Of a stretch of 64,000 nt of DNA, positions 23,696 to 33,827 are shown piece by piece. The notes beneath the pieces are model-generated. The model did not search any database, was not told the origin of the DNA, and saw only the letters and a list, made by a program, of their open reading frames with translations. The stretch comes from Hormiphora californensis (Eukaryota > Animalia > Ctenophora). A program made the translations under genes and the position numbers. The stretch covers positions 3,162,001-3,226,000 of the forward strand of contig CM035358.1 in the NCBI GenBank assembly GCA_020137815.1. The letters are read 5' to 3'. Each line of letters begins with the position of its first letter. The stretch's first letter is position 1.

Positions 23696-26658
23696 TTCTC
23701 ATTCTCTCTCTCTCTCTCACTCAATCTTTATCTCTTTCACTCAGTTTGTTTCCAAAATCATCTAATAAAATTAGATGGCTGCTTTTACATGCTCTATTAC
23801 ACAACAATAATGTTAAAGATTCTTTCACTTTTAGGCCTCGCAGGCTCGGCCCAAAAGTACAACTACAGAGCTCGCAGGCTCGCTCAGTAGTTACACTTAG
23901 CGTGCCTCGCAGGCTCGGCAGCTAAGTAAAAGGATCTACCTCGACCTGTCGGTCTCGGTTCATTATTGTTGTATTTAGAGCACTCGGCCTTCGGCCTCGT
24001 GCACTAAAAAGTAATAGACCATTTTAACCAGTCATCTAATCATATAGTAACATCTGGGTCGATATATACATGGGGTGAGTAAGAAGTGGAGTGTGTTACC
24101 TGTCATACTGCATCCTACAATGGAATTATTGAACTCTCGTCCCTCAGTGTGAGAGAGAGAATGATAAAGGCCTGCATATGTTTGAATGTAGTGAGAAAGG
24201 TGGAAACAAAGACAGTACACCACTATTATAGTTACACACACACAGCCGCACACAGTGTTCAGTAAACACACAGTGTGCTGCCCTGAAACATGATCACTGC
24301 CAGCAGGCCCAATTGTCCATTATCCTTCTTTCCTCCCCATTCTACAGACTAAACTACTATTATTATCATTAGAATATTTCTCCATGTGGGGTCAATACAT
24401 TTCTACAACTCTTTATTGTGAGTGAGTCACTCACATTATATTTCCTTTGTCACACGCCCTCTCTCTCCATCCCAGGTGTACCCTCACCGAATGGGGTTAC
24501 AACACAAGACCATTACATTGTACGAAGATAGAGGAGTCCCGACTCACATCCCCATGTTACCATCCCGCCTTCCTAACCATGATAGCCATGTGATAGGAAA
24601 GTGGCATCTAGGTTTCTCTCGACCCTCCTTCCTACCGACTAACCGGGGATTTGACAGCTTCTATGGGTTTTACTCAGGACACATAACTTACTTTGGACAT
24701 GAGAATTGGAGCGCTAAGAATGAAAACAGGGGACATGATTTCAGATTTGTAGAAGGTGGTGAGAGTGATGTTGTCCTGGAAAATGAGAGGGGAGTACACA
24801 CCTCTATACTCTATGCCAATCGTATCAAGAAGGTGCTAGAGAGGAGGGATAAAGAGAGGGAATTGTTCATCTATCTTGCACCTGGTAACCCGCACATTCC
24901 CTATGAGCCCCCCTCTCATATGGAGCTGAGGTACAAAGCAGCGGGGGTACCGTGGAGTACCAGAGCGGGCCTGATAACTGATGTAGATGACCTAGTTGGA
25001 CAGGCACTGGACATGTTAGAGGATCATGGGATATTGAATGACACTCTTGTTGTGATTACCAATGATAATGGGGCACTCCGCGGGTATAACGGACCTCTCA
25101 GGGGTGGGAAATGGAATATGGGGGAGGGAGGTGTTAGGACCCCTACCATCCTAGTCCATCCTGCCTTTAGAGGAGGTGGGGAGTCTAACCTACTGTCCCA
25201 CGCAACAGACCTGCACGTGCTGCTCGCTAGGTTTGGGAGGTGTGGGGTGGGCAGTTGTGACGTAATTAGTGACGTCATTAGTGACGTCACATTGGATGGT
25301 ACTGATATCCTCCCGCCACTACTGAGGGGAGATAACCCAGACCGGTATTTAGTCATCAACATTGACCAGATCAATAGGGAGGGTGCGGTGAGAGATACCA
25401 GGTACAAACTACACATCGTGTGGTCTAGAAACAACACAGAACTGTCCGAACATGTGTGCGATGTAAAACATCACGTCTCATGCCGTCTAACTGATCTACA
25501 CACAGATCCTTATGAGCAGGATAACCTGTGCTTTAAACCTCCCTACATTGAGATAAAGATGAAGTTGTTAGAGTTCTTGTGTAGAGAAATACGGCGAAGT
25601 GTGGAGCCATCTAACATAGAACCTGATAGTGCTGTTAACTTTTTAACAGGGAATATTCGTTCATGGAGACCAGTTTGACTTGTGTGTGTCAGTGAATTGT
25701 TGTTTTATATTCACCCAAGTTGTATGATTAGATTTGTGTAATACATCTAAATCTCCCTCCCCCGGTAGATCCAGTCTTGTCTGAATTACCCCCCCCCCCC
25801 CCCCCCCCCGATAGATCCTGTCTAAATCACCCTCATACCATGAGGGGAGAATATCCGAAGGTTGATAGGAACGTCAGATATCCCCTTGTTGCTTCCCGTC
25901 ATCCTGTCTGTCTCCGCCTCTATCTCCCTCCTTATCTCCTCAAAGTCTGTAAACTTCTTCCCCTTCGCGTGCAGAAACTCGCCCCATTCTGGTGGACAGT
26001 GTATGTTAGATGATTTATTGGTTAACTGAATTGAACATTCAACAGCGAATTAAATACTAATCAGATGTATTGTACTAAAATAAATTTCCATCCTCTTACA
26101 TTCTCTTTGTGAAGACCGAATATTAAAATGGATATATAAATCAAGTATATCTGCCCACAAAATGGTTATAATAAATTATTACCTCCTCTTTCGATATAGT
26201 TCAACTGCAGAATGAGGGGTCGCCTTGTAACGATACCAGATCCTCGAGGTAGAAAATCTCTGGCAAAATTATTGTTATAATTAAATTATCTTCAAATTTA
26301 GTCCCTAGTATGTAAAATTATTGTTAACAGGATGCTGTTGTATAGCAGCTCTACTAGATATACAACTGAGTGCCAGGAACCGACCGGACCAAGTAAACAA
26401 CCAATCAGAGCTCGTTATTTAGGTCACGTGACTGGTTATCAGCCAATTAAGGACCAGTATTTCCTGATTCATTCGGTTCCTGCTGAGTGCTCACCTCCCT
26501 ACACAGTTTTCCAGAACACTACTTTTCCCCGCAGACTGCCCTCCCACTACAGCAATCTGGGGCAGGTCTATCACACTGTTCATCCCCACATGGGTGAACG
26601 CATCTTGTATCTTATTGACCAGGGGAATGAGGGCTTCCATCCCCGCATTGCCTGACAT
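15439..26658 (-). CDS. DNM1: Classical dynamin (GTPase-middle-PH-GED-PRD), co-orthologue of DNM1/2/3
   Basis: Exon 1 (26658-26495) reads [41 protein letters not shown]. Further motifs: [75 protein letters not shown], and a Pro-rich end RPARPGM*. The G3 (DLPG) exon was not found, and there is a +1 error near 21490. Confidence 0.96.
17578..17712. repeat. Intronic minisatellite repeating a dynamin splice acceptor
   Basis: 4 copies of atatctagRgg...ttaggaaa (minus strand cctag|atat). Confidence 0.7.
18443..18526. mobile_element. Short Tc1/pogo-type MITE, same family as 13946-14117
   Basis: ta|cagtcggacccc...ggggtccgactg|ta. Confidence 0.85.
20441..20549 (+). mobile_element. 109-bp hAT-like MITE, copy 2
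   Basis: Same TIR and core as copy 1; TSD gttaaaat. Confidence 0.92.
22180..23400. repeat. (GA)n and (GACY)n microsatellites with low-quality intervening sequence
   Basis: (GA)n at 22181-22240, homopolymer-rich noise at 22430-22575 and a GACC/GACT tetranucleotide array at 22960-23190. Confidence 0.8.
23801..24009. mobile_element. Second copy of the hairpin-array element end
   Basis: Homologous to 13174-13383 and likewise preceded by (TC)n. Confidence 0.7.
24476..25678 (+). CDS. Arylsulfatase (ARSB/I/J-like) terminal exon, nested antisense in a dynamin intron; 5' exon(s) missing
   Basis: Acceptor ctctccatcccag|gtgtac. Motifs [34 protein letters not shown] and [17 protein letters not shown]. 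The CxPxR catalytic exon was not found. Confidence 0.88.
   Translation: MYPHRMGLQHKTITLYEDRGVPTHIPMLPSRLPNHDSHVIGKWHLGFSRPSFLPTNRGFDSFYGFYSGHITYFGHENWSAKNENRGHDFRFVEGGESDVVLENERGVHTSILYANRIKKVLERRDKERELFIYLAPGNPHIPYEPPSHMELRYKAAGVPWSTRAGLITDVDDLVGQALDMLEDHGILNDTLVVITNDNGALRGYNGPLRGGKWNMGEGGVRTPTILVHPAFRGGGESNLLSHATDLHVLLARFGRCGVGSCDVISDVISDVTLDGTDILPPLLRGDNPDRYLVINIDQINREGAVRDTRYKLHIVWSRNNTELSEHVCDVKHHVSCRLTDLHTDPYEQDNLCFKPPYIEIKMKLLEFLCREIRRSVEPSNIEPDSAVNFLTGNIRSWRPV
26374..26482 (+). mobile_element. 109-bp hAT-like MITE, copy 3
   Basis: TSD ctgagtgc; lies in dynamin intron 1. Confidence 0.92.
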
Positions 26659-27432
26659 GGTGGCTGGAAGAGATCTGAGTTATGGCATCGGCCAAGGACA
26701 GGTCGAAAGATACAAATTGACAAGGATTATCTAAACTCGTTAAGTTTGAGATCAAGTAAATCCATCACGGGACATCCGAGAGACTATAGAGCGAAGTGGA
26801 TGATTGCTCATTGCTGACGGTTCGGCTTAGACTTTGGAGTTAAATGAACGGATTATTCTTAAAATATACACTTGTTTGTTTGTTTGTTTGTGATTGCTGC
26901 GTCTGGAGGATGACCTGCCCGAAAGTAGTAGAGACCGCACCGAACACGCTTATTAGGCGCCCCAGCACGTCCTCCACTCCGCCGTAGCAAGGCCACCAAT
27001 CAGTTTATGCAGAGCATGTTACTTTAGACGCTCCAGGAAGACCGTGGTCAACCACTGGCGACACCGAGCGGCGAGAGCCGCACGGCGTCGATAGGGGTAT
27101 CACACTACTCCTGGCCTAAATCAAATTCTAAGGTTTGTGTTAAGCTGGATCAGGTATCGTTTTTCCTTTGAGATACACTTGTAAGAATAAAAATCCCCCT
27201 CGTGGAAATGTAGGAGGATGGTGGTCGGTGGAGACGGTCGGCGGTTGGGCGTAACTCGTAAGTTATTGTGTTACCGATCAAAAAACTTAAAAAAAGGAAA
27301 GAAAAATTTCGAAAACGAAATTGAAAAATAAAATGCAGCTCCATTAAAAAACAATACAAGGTGAGCCGCGCTACGTACGCGCAAAACAAACACGCGCGCT
27401 TAAAACCTTTTATTTGAAATGAGCTGCTTTTA

Positions 27433-27650
27433 GTGGAAGCTCTTACAGTAATTCCCACGCCCCGTGGGAAAGTTTTCGAGCGTGGGAAAGTTTTCAAACC
27501 GTGGGAAAAGAGAGATACATACAATAACTAAGAAAAAACAATTTATTTTTTATAGTTATTGTATGTATCTCTCTTTTCCCACGGTTTGAAAACTTTCCCA
27601 CGCTCGAAAACTTTCCCACGGGGCGTGGGAATTACCGTAAGAGCTTCCAC
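27433..27650. mobile_element. Foldback MITE (TA TSD) with cgtgggaa subrepeats
   Basis: ~100-bp inverted arms gtggaagctcttac.../...gtaagagcttccac. Confidence 0.88.
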
Positions 27651-27850
27651 TATTTAGTTCTCAGAGAGCTTGTTTGTGTCATTTCTTTAGATGCCGAAGA
27701 AGCATTAAAAAAACAATCTCTATATAAACTCAGAAGTCAGATTCAACGACAAAATTCATAACTAAAAGCCATGCCATCGCCCATCATATTCATACCGACT
27801 CAAATAAGTTGATGGGCTAAATTTCGGAGACTTGAAGCGCGTGATTGATT

Positions 27851-28474
27851 CAGGGACGGCGCTGGGCCTTGGGCCCAGCAAGTTCCTGGGTGTCCGGGGC
27901 CAGGGGCGGCAGCCTCGGTCAGGGGGTGTGGGGGGTGAAACCCCCCACAAGCAGGGTCCAGGGGCGCAGCCCCGGCGGGGGTGTAGGGGGCAGAGCCCCC
28001 GCAGGCAGGGTCCAGGGGCTGCAAGCCCCGGTGGGGGTTGAGGGGGCGAAGCCCCCCGAAAATTTCGGACATTTTGAGGCGCTTTTAAACGATTTTAAGC
28101 ATTTCTGAACTCCTTTTGTGAAAAATGGAAAAAAAGATGAAAGTTTTCTGATCACAACAAAAAAAAAACTCATCCGCGCGCACACAACTTTCTGGGTGAA
28201 CCGGACACCCTGGTCATGTCAAAATGCACTGTGGCGCGCGGAAAAACCCTCTTTATGCTCTGCCGTGCGTTACAGGTGCGCGCAGTGAACCTGGGTGTCC
28301 GGCATGCCGCGGCAGAGCTCCGGACACCCGGCTGCGCGCAAATCCAAAATTTCGCAGTTTTCACCGATTTTTTTCAAATTCTTTTTGTTTTTTTCCATTT
28401 TTTCTTCTTTTCTCTCTCCGTCTTTTTGGTCTGGGTGTCCGCGGACACCCGGACACCCACGAGCGCCGTCCCTG
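27851..28474. mobile_element. Non-autonomous hAT element
   Basis: TIR cagggacggcgct/agcgccgtccctg; 8-bp TSD gattgatt; ggacaccc subterminal repeats and GC-rich hairpins. Confidence 0.92.
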
Positions 28475-28534
28475 GATTGATTTGCGCGTTATTGCTGTGC
28501 AGTGTGCACGCCACGCTGTTATTTTGTAAATTTG

Positions 28535-28695
28535 CAATGAGGCCCCTCGGAAATGTTCAAGTCATGCACAATCAAGTCACGCCCACCAATCACAGTACAG
28601 CGCAGAACGCGCGAAGCACTCCGCGCGTTCTGAGCTGTGATTGGTGGGCGTGACTTGATTGTGCATGACTTGAACATTTCCGAGGGGCCTCATTG
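28535..28695. mobile_element. 161-bp palindromic MITE
   Basis: Near-perfect palindrome caatgaggcccctcggaaatgttcaag...cttgaacatttccgaggggcctcattg. No clear TSD. Confidence 0.8.
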
Positions 28696-29482
28696 ACTGA
28701 ATTTGAATTGTGATCACACGGAACGAAACTTTTCGGTGACAACCCCGGGAAACGTTGAAAAGCGCTGCCTTATCGGGGGCCAGCAGCGTTTGCCAACGGG
28801 ATACGTTAAAATCTGGGTGTTTTGAGTGTCAGCACTTACAGTTTTTAGGGTTGGGGATAGGGCTTTAGATTTCCTTAGATGATTGAATCATACTATTATT
28901 AAAGCAAATAGGGAAATCCCATGTCCCGTTTTTTTAACCAAATATGGCACAAAATTCCTGGAAATGGCCTTTTGCACGTGTTGTCCCTAGAGGGACCCTG
29001 GCAACCTGCCAGCTTGAGCCTTAAACTGCACGTGCATCCTTGATTCATCTCTCTGCCGGTTGTGTGATTGATCGTTTGCTCGATTTGATCTGTTCACCAC
29101 GTTTCGTGAACATGACTACTCAACTTCAACACAATCGCCAGCGAGTTTGGAGGAGCCATATGTCCCAAACTGGCGCTGACGCCTATAGACTACGTGATAG
29201 AATCCTACAAAAGAGGTGATTATTATTCAAAAAATGTTGTCAACACACGTAATAACAAAGTATCAATGGCACTAATAAGAAATGACAGTAATACGTGAAA
29301 GTATTTTGAAAATGTGCTCCTTCATAAAATACTTCAGGACCTGGCAAAAGAGGACCCGTGGTTTTTCCGTCGAAAGAATCCCTGTGGTTAATTTACCTGA
29401 TAAATTTACTGATTTTAAAAATTTCAAATGATACTACACTATTTGCTTAGTTTACTGTATGACCATTTACCATCCCCGACAT

Positions 29483-29510
29483 TCGCCCGTAGGGCGAGCG
29501 GGCTTACTAG
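29483..29510 (+). mobile_element. Helitron-like 3' terminus
   Basis: Hairpin tcgccc-gta-gggcga, then gcgggctta and CTAG|T. Confidence 0.5.
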
Positions 29511-29812
29511 TAATAATAATTGAATTAGCCAAAAGGTTAAGTGGCTTAGTGGATAGAGCTCTAAACACTAAACCACTTAACCGTTTTGGCTCTACAGAGC
29601 CTTTTTTAGTGCAGGGTGCTTTTTGGCTGCGCACACCTGTGAACAGGTCTTTAAACACCCAGATAGTAATTAGTAACGGCACCCGACCTCGTGCATCATT
29701 AAAACAGTGAATATCCCATGAACTATAAACCCCTGACCCCAGCCGCCTTATAGGTAAGTTATACCATGTACCACCCTCCCCGCTACACAAGTCGGGCAGT
29801 ATATCGTGTTAA

Positions 29813-31202
29813 GGGTACGCTAACCAAAATTTTTTTTCGAGTGCAGGGAAATCTCTCACCGTAGGGTTGTAGGCCATGCCAAGGAGACCTCAAATATGCA
29901 ATTTTAGCCCTTAAGTCGAATTCATATTTTTGCTACAGCTGCTTGAAAAATGAACTGAAAATAAGTTTTTGGCATCTTAAAAATACATTTGTAAAGATAG
30001 GATCATAAAAATTTGTGGATTTGAAGAGGACAAAGAGGTGAGTACCCACAAAAATTTTTTTTGAAATCCGAGCTGATTTCCGGTCCTGAGATGGATTTCT
30101 TTTTTTTGACTTTAACGCCCTATTTGGCAAAGTTCCGAAAACATGTGAAAGCTGTAAATTGGTGAAAAGTTGCGTCTAACGATTATCTAAGTGGCCATAA
30201 ATTTTGGGCGTGTCCTTATTTGAGATAAGCTGTACAGAGTTTTTTTTGTGAAAGCCGTCATTTCAGAAATAAATAAATTCCCTGTATCTCAAAAACGGCT
30301 GATCGTAGAGACCTGAGACTATGCTTAAACGATTCAGAAGGTCCGATTTTGGGGGGGTCCTCTGAAAGACATTTTGCTCCTACTTCAACCGTTTTTGCTG
30401 TAATTGCGAAAAACAAAACCCCATCTTCGCCCTGGTGGATTTTTTGTGATTTTGTTTTTGGTGATTATAGGGACCCATATGGACCAAATAGTGAAGGAAT
30501 TAGCTTGTTACACATTTTTCCATAGTTTCGGTCCTTTCTTAGCCAAAATTCCCTAATTACAGGATATTGGAGTTTAGCTTTTGCCCTTTTCATAGAATTT
30601 GTTTTTCGCAATTACAGCAAAAACGGTTGAAGTAGGAGCAAAATGTCTCTCAGAAGACCCCCCCAAAATCGGACCTTCTGAATCGTTTAAGCATAGTCTC
30701 AGGTCTCTACGATCAGCCGTTTTTGAGATACAGAGAATTTATTTATTTCTGAAATGACGGCTTTCACAAAAAAAACTCTGTACAGCTTATCTCAAATAAG
30801 GACACGCCCAAAATTTATGGCCACTTAGATAATCGTTAGACGCAACTTTTCACCAATTTACAGCTTTCACATGTTTTCGGAACTTTGCCAAATAGGGCGT
30901 TAAAGTCAAAAAAAAGAAATCCATCTCAGGACCGGAAATCAGCTCGGATTTCAAAAAAAATTTTTGTGGGTACTCACCTCTTTGTCCTCTTCAAATCCAC
31001 AAATTTTTATGATCCTATCTTTACAAATGTATTTTTAAGATGCCAAAAACTTATTTTCAGTTCATTTTTCAAGCAGCTGTAGCAAAAATATGAATTCGAC
31101 TTGAGAGCTCAAATTGCATATTTGAGGTCTCCTTGGCATGGCCTACAACCCTACGGTGAGAGATTTCCCTGCACTCGAAAAAAATTTTTGGTTAGCGTAC
31201 CC
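29813..31202. mobile_element. Non-autonomous foldback DNA transposon with TTAA TSD (Kolobok-like GG...CC ends)
   Basis: ~600-bp near-identical TIRs, ttaa|gggtacgctaacc...ggttagcgtaccc|ttaa. Confidence 0.92.
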
Positions 31203-31320
31203 TTAAGTGTAGCGAAAAACAAAAAGAAATACAACTGATTTCCTTGCCTTGATATGATCATGGCGGATGCGGGATGATGATGATTACCGTTTCAACTTTC
31301 CAGCGCTTAGGGCCTAGAAA

Positions 31321-31560
31321 TTAGCAGCTTTAGACGTACTAGATTCCAGTGCTTCTAATGATGTCATAATTAGATGGATCCCGGCCCATAGAGGGTACGA
31401 TGGGTATGATCGAAACGAAATAGCAGACATTCTGGCTAAAAGAGGTGCTCAGGAAATCGAAGAAGTTACCCTCATACCAATCCCCAAAGCGACAGCTTAT
31501 GCCGCCCTCAGAAAAACGATATCGTTCTATTATAAGAAGGCAATGGTGTCACTTCACCCC
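31321..31560 (+). mobile_element. RNase H fragment of a retrotransposon (probably non-LTR)
   Basis: The frame from 31321 reads IRWIPAHRGYDGYDRNEIADILAKRGA, matching the W.PAH.G..GNE.AD.LAK motif. Confidence 0.8.
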
Positions 31561-31952
31561 CAGAAACCACCCCTTAAAGAGTGGTCTCATCCCATCACCC
31601 AGGACGGGGAAAGAGAGCTTCATTGCACCCACCCCTTACTGGCTAGTGCTCTGCACTGTCAAGGTGGTGAATGCTCCGAGCTATACTATACATAGTTCCT
31701 ACCTAAAGGGAGTTTGTATCCATGAAATTCTTTTTGGTAGTCGATCACCGCTTTAGAAAGTGGTTAGTGGTACAATTATAACCCCGGAAGTGAACCATTT
31801 GATGACAATTGTGTGCCAAAGTCTGCAGAAGCTACCTTGTTTTATTAAAACCTAATTATCCTCTGAATAAAGAGTTCAGAGCAAGAATTAAATTAAATAG
31901 GGAAGAAAATCGAAAAATACTAAATAATTATCCTCTTTTTATCGATAAGATC

Positions 31953-33748
31953 ATGGCTGAGATAGAGAATGTTAACATCAAGGATGACCATCCAGTGATA
32001 GATCCCCTCGACAGATCAGGTTAGGATAATTACCACCCCAACATGGTCAATAACTTGGTTCACGTACAACATTGGAATCAATCCAATTGGCCAATAAATC
32101 TAGTTGACTGCACGGAGAGCGCCAAATCTCTGCTGTTCAGTGTTCAAGATTTATTGACCATAATTGGTACCAAGTATACAATTTGTTTATTCCCAATAGG
32201 TGGAGTTGAAGACGAGGATGAGCCCACTTCAGCTCTCGGACCGAAACCCTCAGATAAATCCATCCCTCGCATCCCCTCTATCCGCCCAACTACCCCTGAA
32301 CGGGCTGGGACCCCTTCAGAAGATCTGGAGGAGCACCTAGGACCTGATGACAGTGCCTCCCAGACCGGGTTGGATCGGGGTCAGCTGCTGGAGAAGTACC
32401 AACTTGCCCTGAATGAGAGAGACAAGATCTTGAACCAGAACGGACAACTTCAGCACAAGATTGCTGAGTATTTTAGAAAGAAGAAGGGTGCTGATGAGCG
32501 ACAGGAGGTGGAAAAGAGTGTCACTGATCAGGAACAGAGGTAAGAGGTTCTGTACAGTATACAATCTAGTATAATAAGTAGCCTGCAGTTTTATACAAGT
32601 GCTTGCCATTACTACTACTTCTAAGTTAATAAGGTTTTCACCATCCCCCAACGACCGTTGTTTCAACCTCCATTTTAACCCCCCCCCCTCCTGCCGTCAG
32701 ATACACAAAGTGCCTCCAGGCCCTAGACGAGCTAGAGATTGAGAACGATCGGGTACAAAAGGAATCGGAGCTGCGGATTAGTGAAGAGAAAGAGAAGATG
32801 GAGGAGAAGAAGAGTCACGTGGATGAGATGACATTGCAGTATTTTGAGTTTAAGAAAGGAGTTGCTAAACAAGCTGTTAATAGCAGGTATGATAAACAAT
32901 TCAGTTACACTGTAACATTATAATCTCTCTCTCTGTAAATTTCAAAAAAGGGTCTCTCTCTCTCAGTTCTCTCTCCATCTCGCTTCTTCCCCTCTGCAGG
33001 TCTGGAAAACCGTTGGCGCTCAAGGACATCGACCAGTGTGTCATGAATGAGAAGAAGAAGGAGGAGGAGGTCATTGCGGTTCGGTTGGAAAATATCAAAC
33101 TCATTAATAAGGTATACTGTTCGTACTGTCGTCATCCATACTGGGAGAGAAGGAGAAAGGGGTTAGTTTGATACGGGTAATGGGTGTGGAACTGGATATT
33201 ATTTTGTAGAAAAAGAGAAAAGTAACTTCAAAAGGGAAAAGTAACTTTAGATATAAACTTACTCTTGGTCGTTGAGCATTCCTCCGTCAAGTCTGAGTCC
33301 ATGTCCAATATCTCTCACATATCGTCCCTCTTCGGCTGCACCAGAGTTATCTTCGTGGGATTCAAGTGATCCCAAACTAGAGGGAAAGAGAGAAACTATT
33401 TAGCTTATTGAGGCATTTGATCAGCAGCTGCCGACATAGTAATAAGGGTTCTCTAAAGCTAGGTATAATAAATAACAATTCTTCGAATAGCAGTTGGTAT
33501 ATTTTGCTAAGCTATGGGGGCAGACATACCTTTTTGCAGTTGATGCAGAGAAAAGGCACAGGGCAACAAGAATTACTAGAGAACACTTCATCTTGGAGTC
33601 GAGAGATTGAGAAATGAGCTATCTGGACGGCTGACGTGGCTTCTTATTGACCAACCGCCGCCAGTCTAACCAACCATCATCCACTTAGCGATTACCTTTC
33701 TATCTTCCTCTTCCCACAAAGACAGAGACAGAGAGAGAGAGATAGAAA

Positions 33749-33827
<79 letters not shown>

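Noticed and set aside
22169-23925. Long ORFs with SVGR/SQ, poly-K and SL/ER repeats
   Set aside because: These are translations of microsatellites and low-quality sequence.
24099-24170. 72-nt phase-1 candidate for the missing dynamin exon
   Set aside because: Its translation ([14 protein letters not shown]..) has no resemblance to the DLPG-containing segment.
24422-25678. Bacterial horizontally transferred sulfatase
   Set aside because: The ORF starts at a splice acceptor in mid-domain and has ARSB-type animal motifs. Nothing here specifically indicates transfer.
26890-27120. GC-rich, coding-looking stretch upstream of dynamin
   Set aside because: No convincing ORF, splice pattern or motif could be assigned.
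29933-31082. Identical 65-aa ORFs on opposite strands
   Set aside because: By-product of the 600-bp terminal inverted repeats; no transposase motifs.
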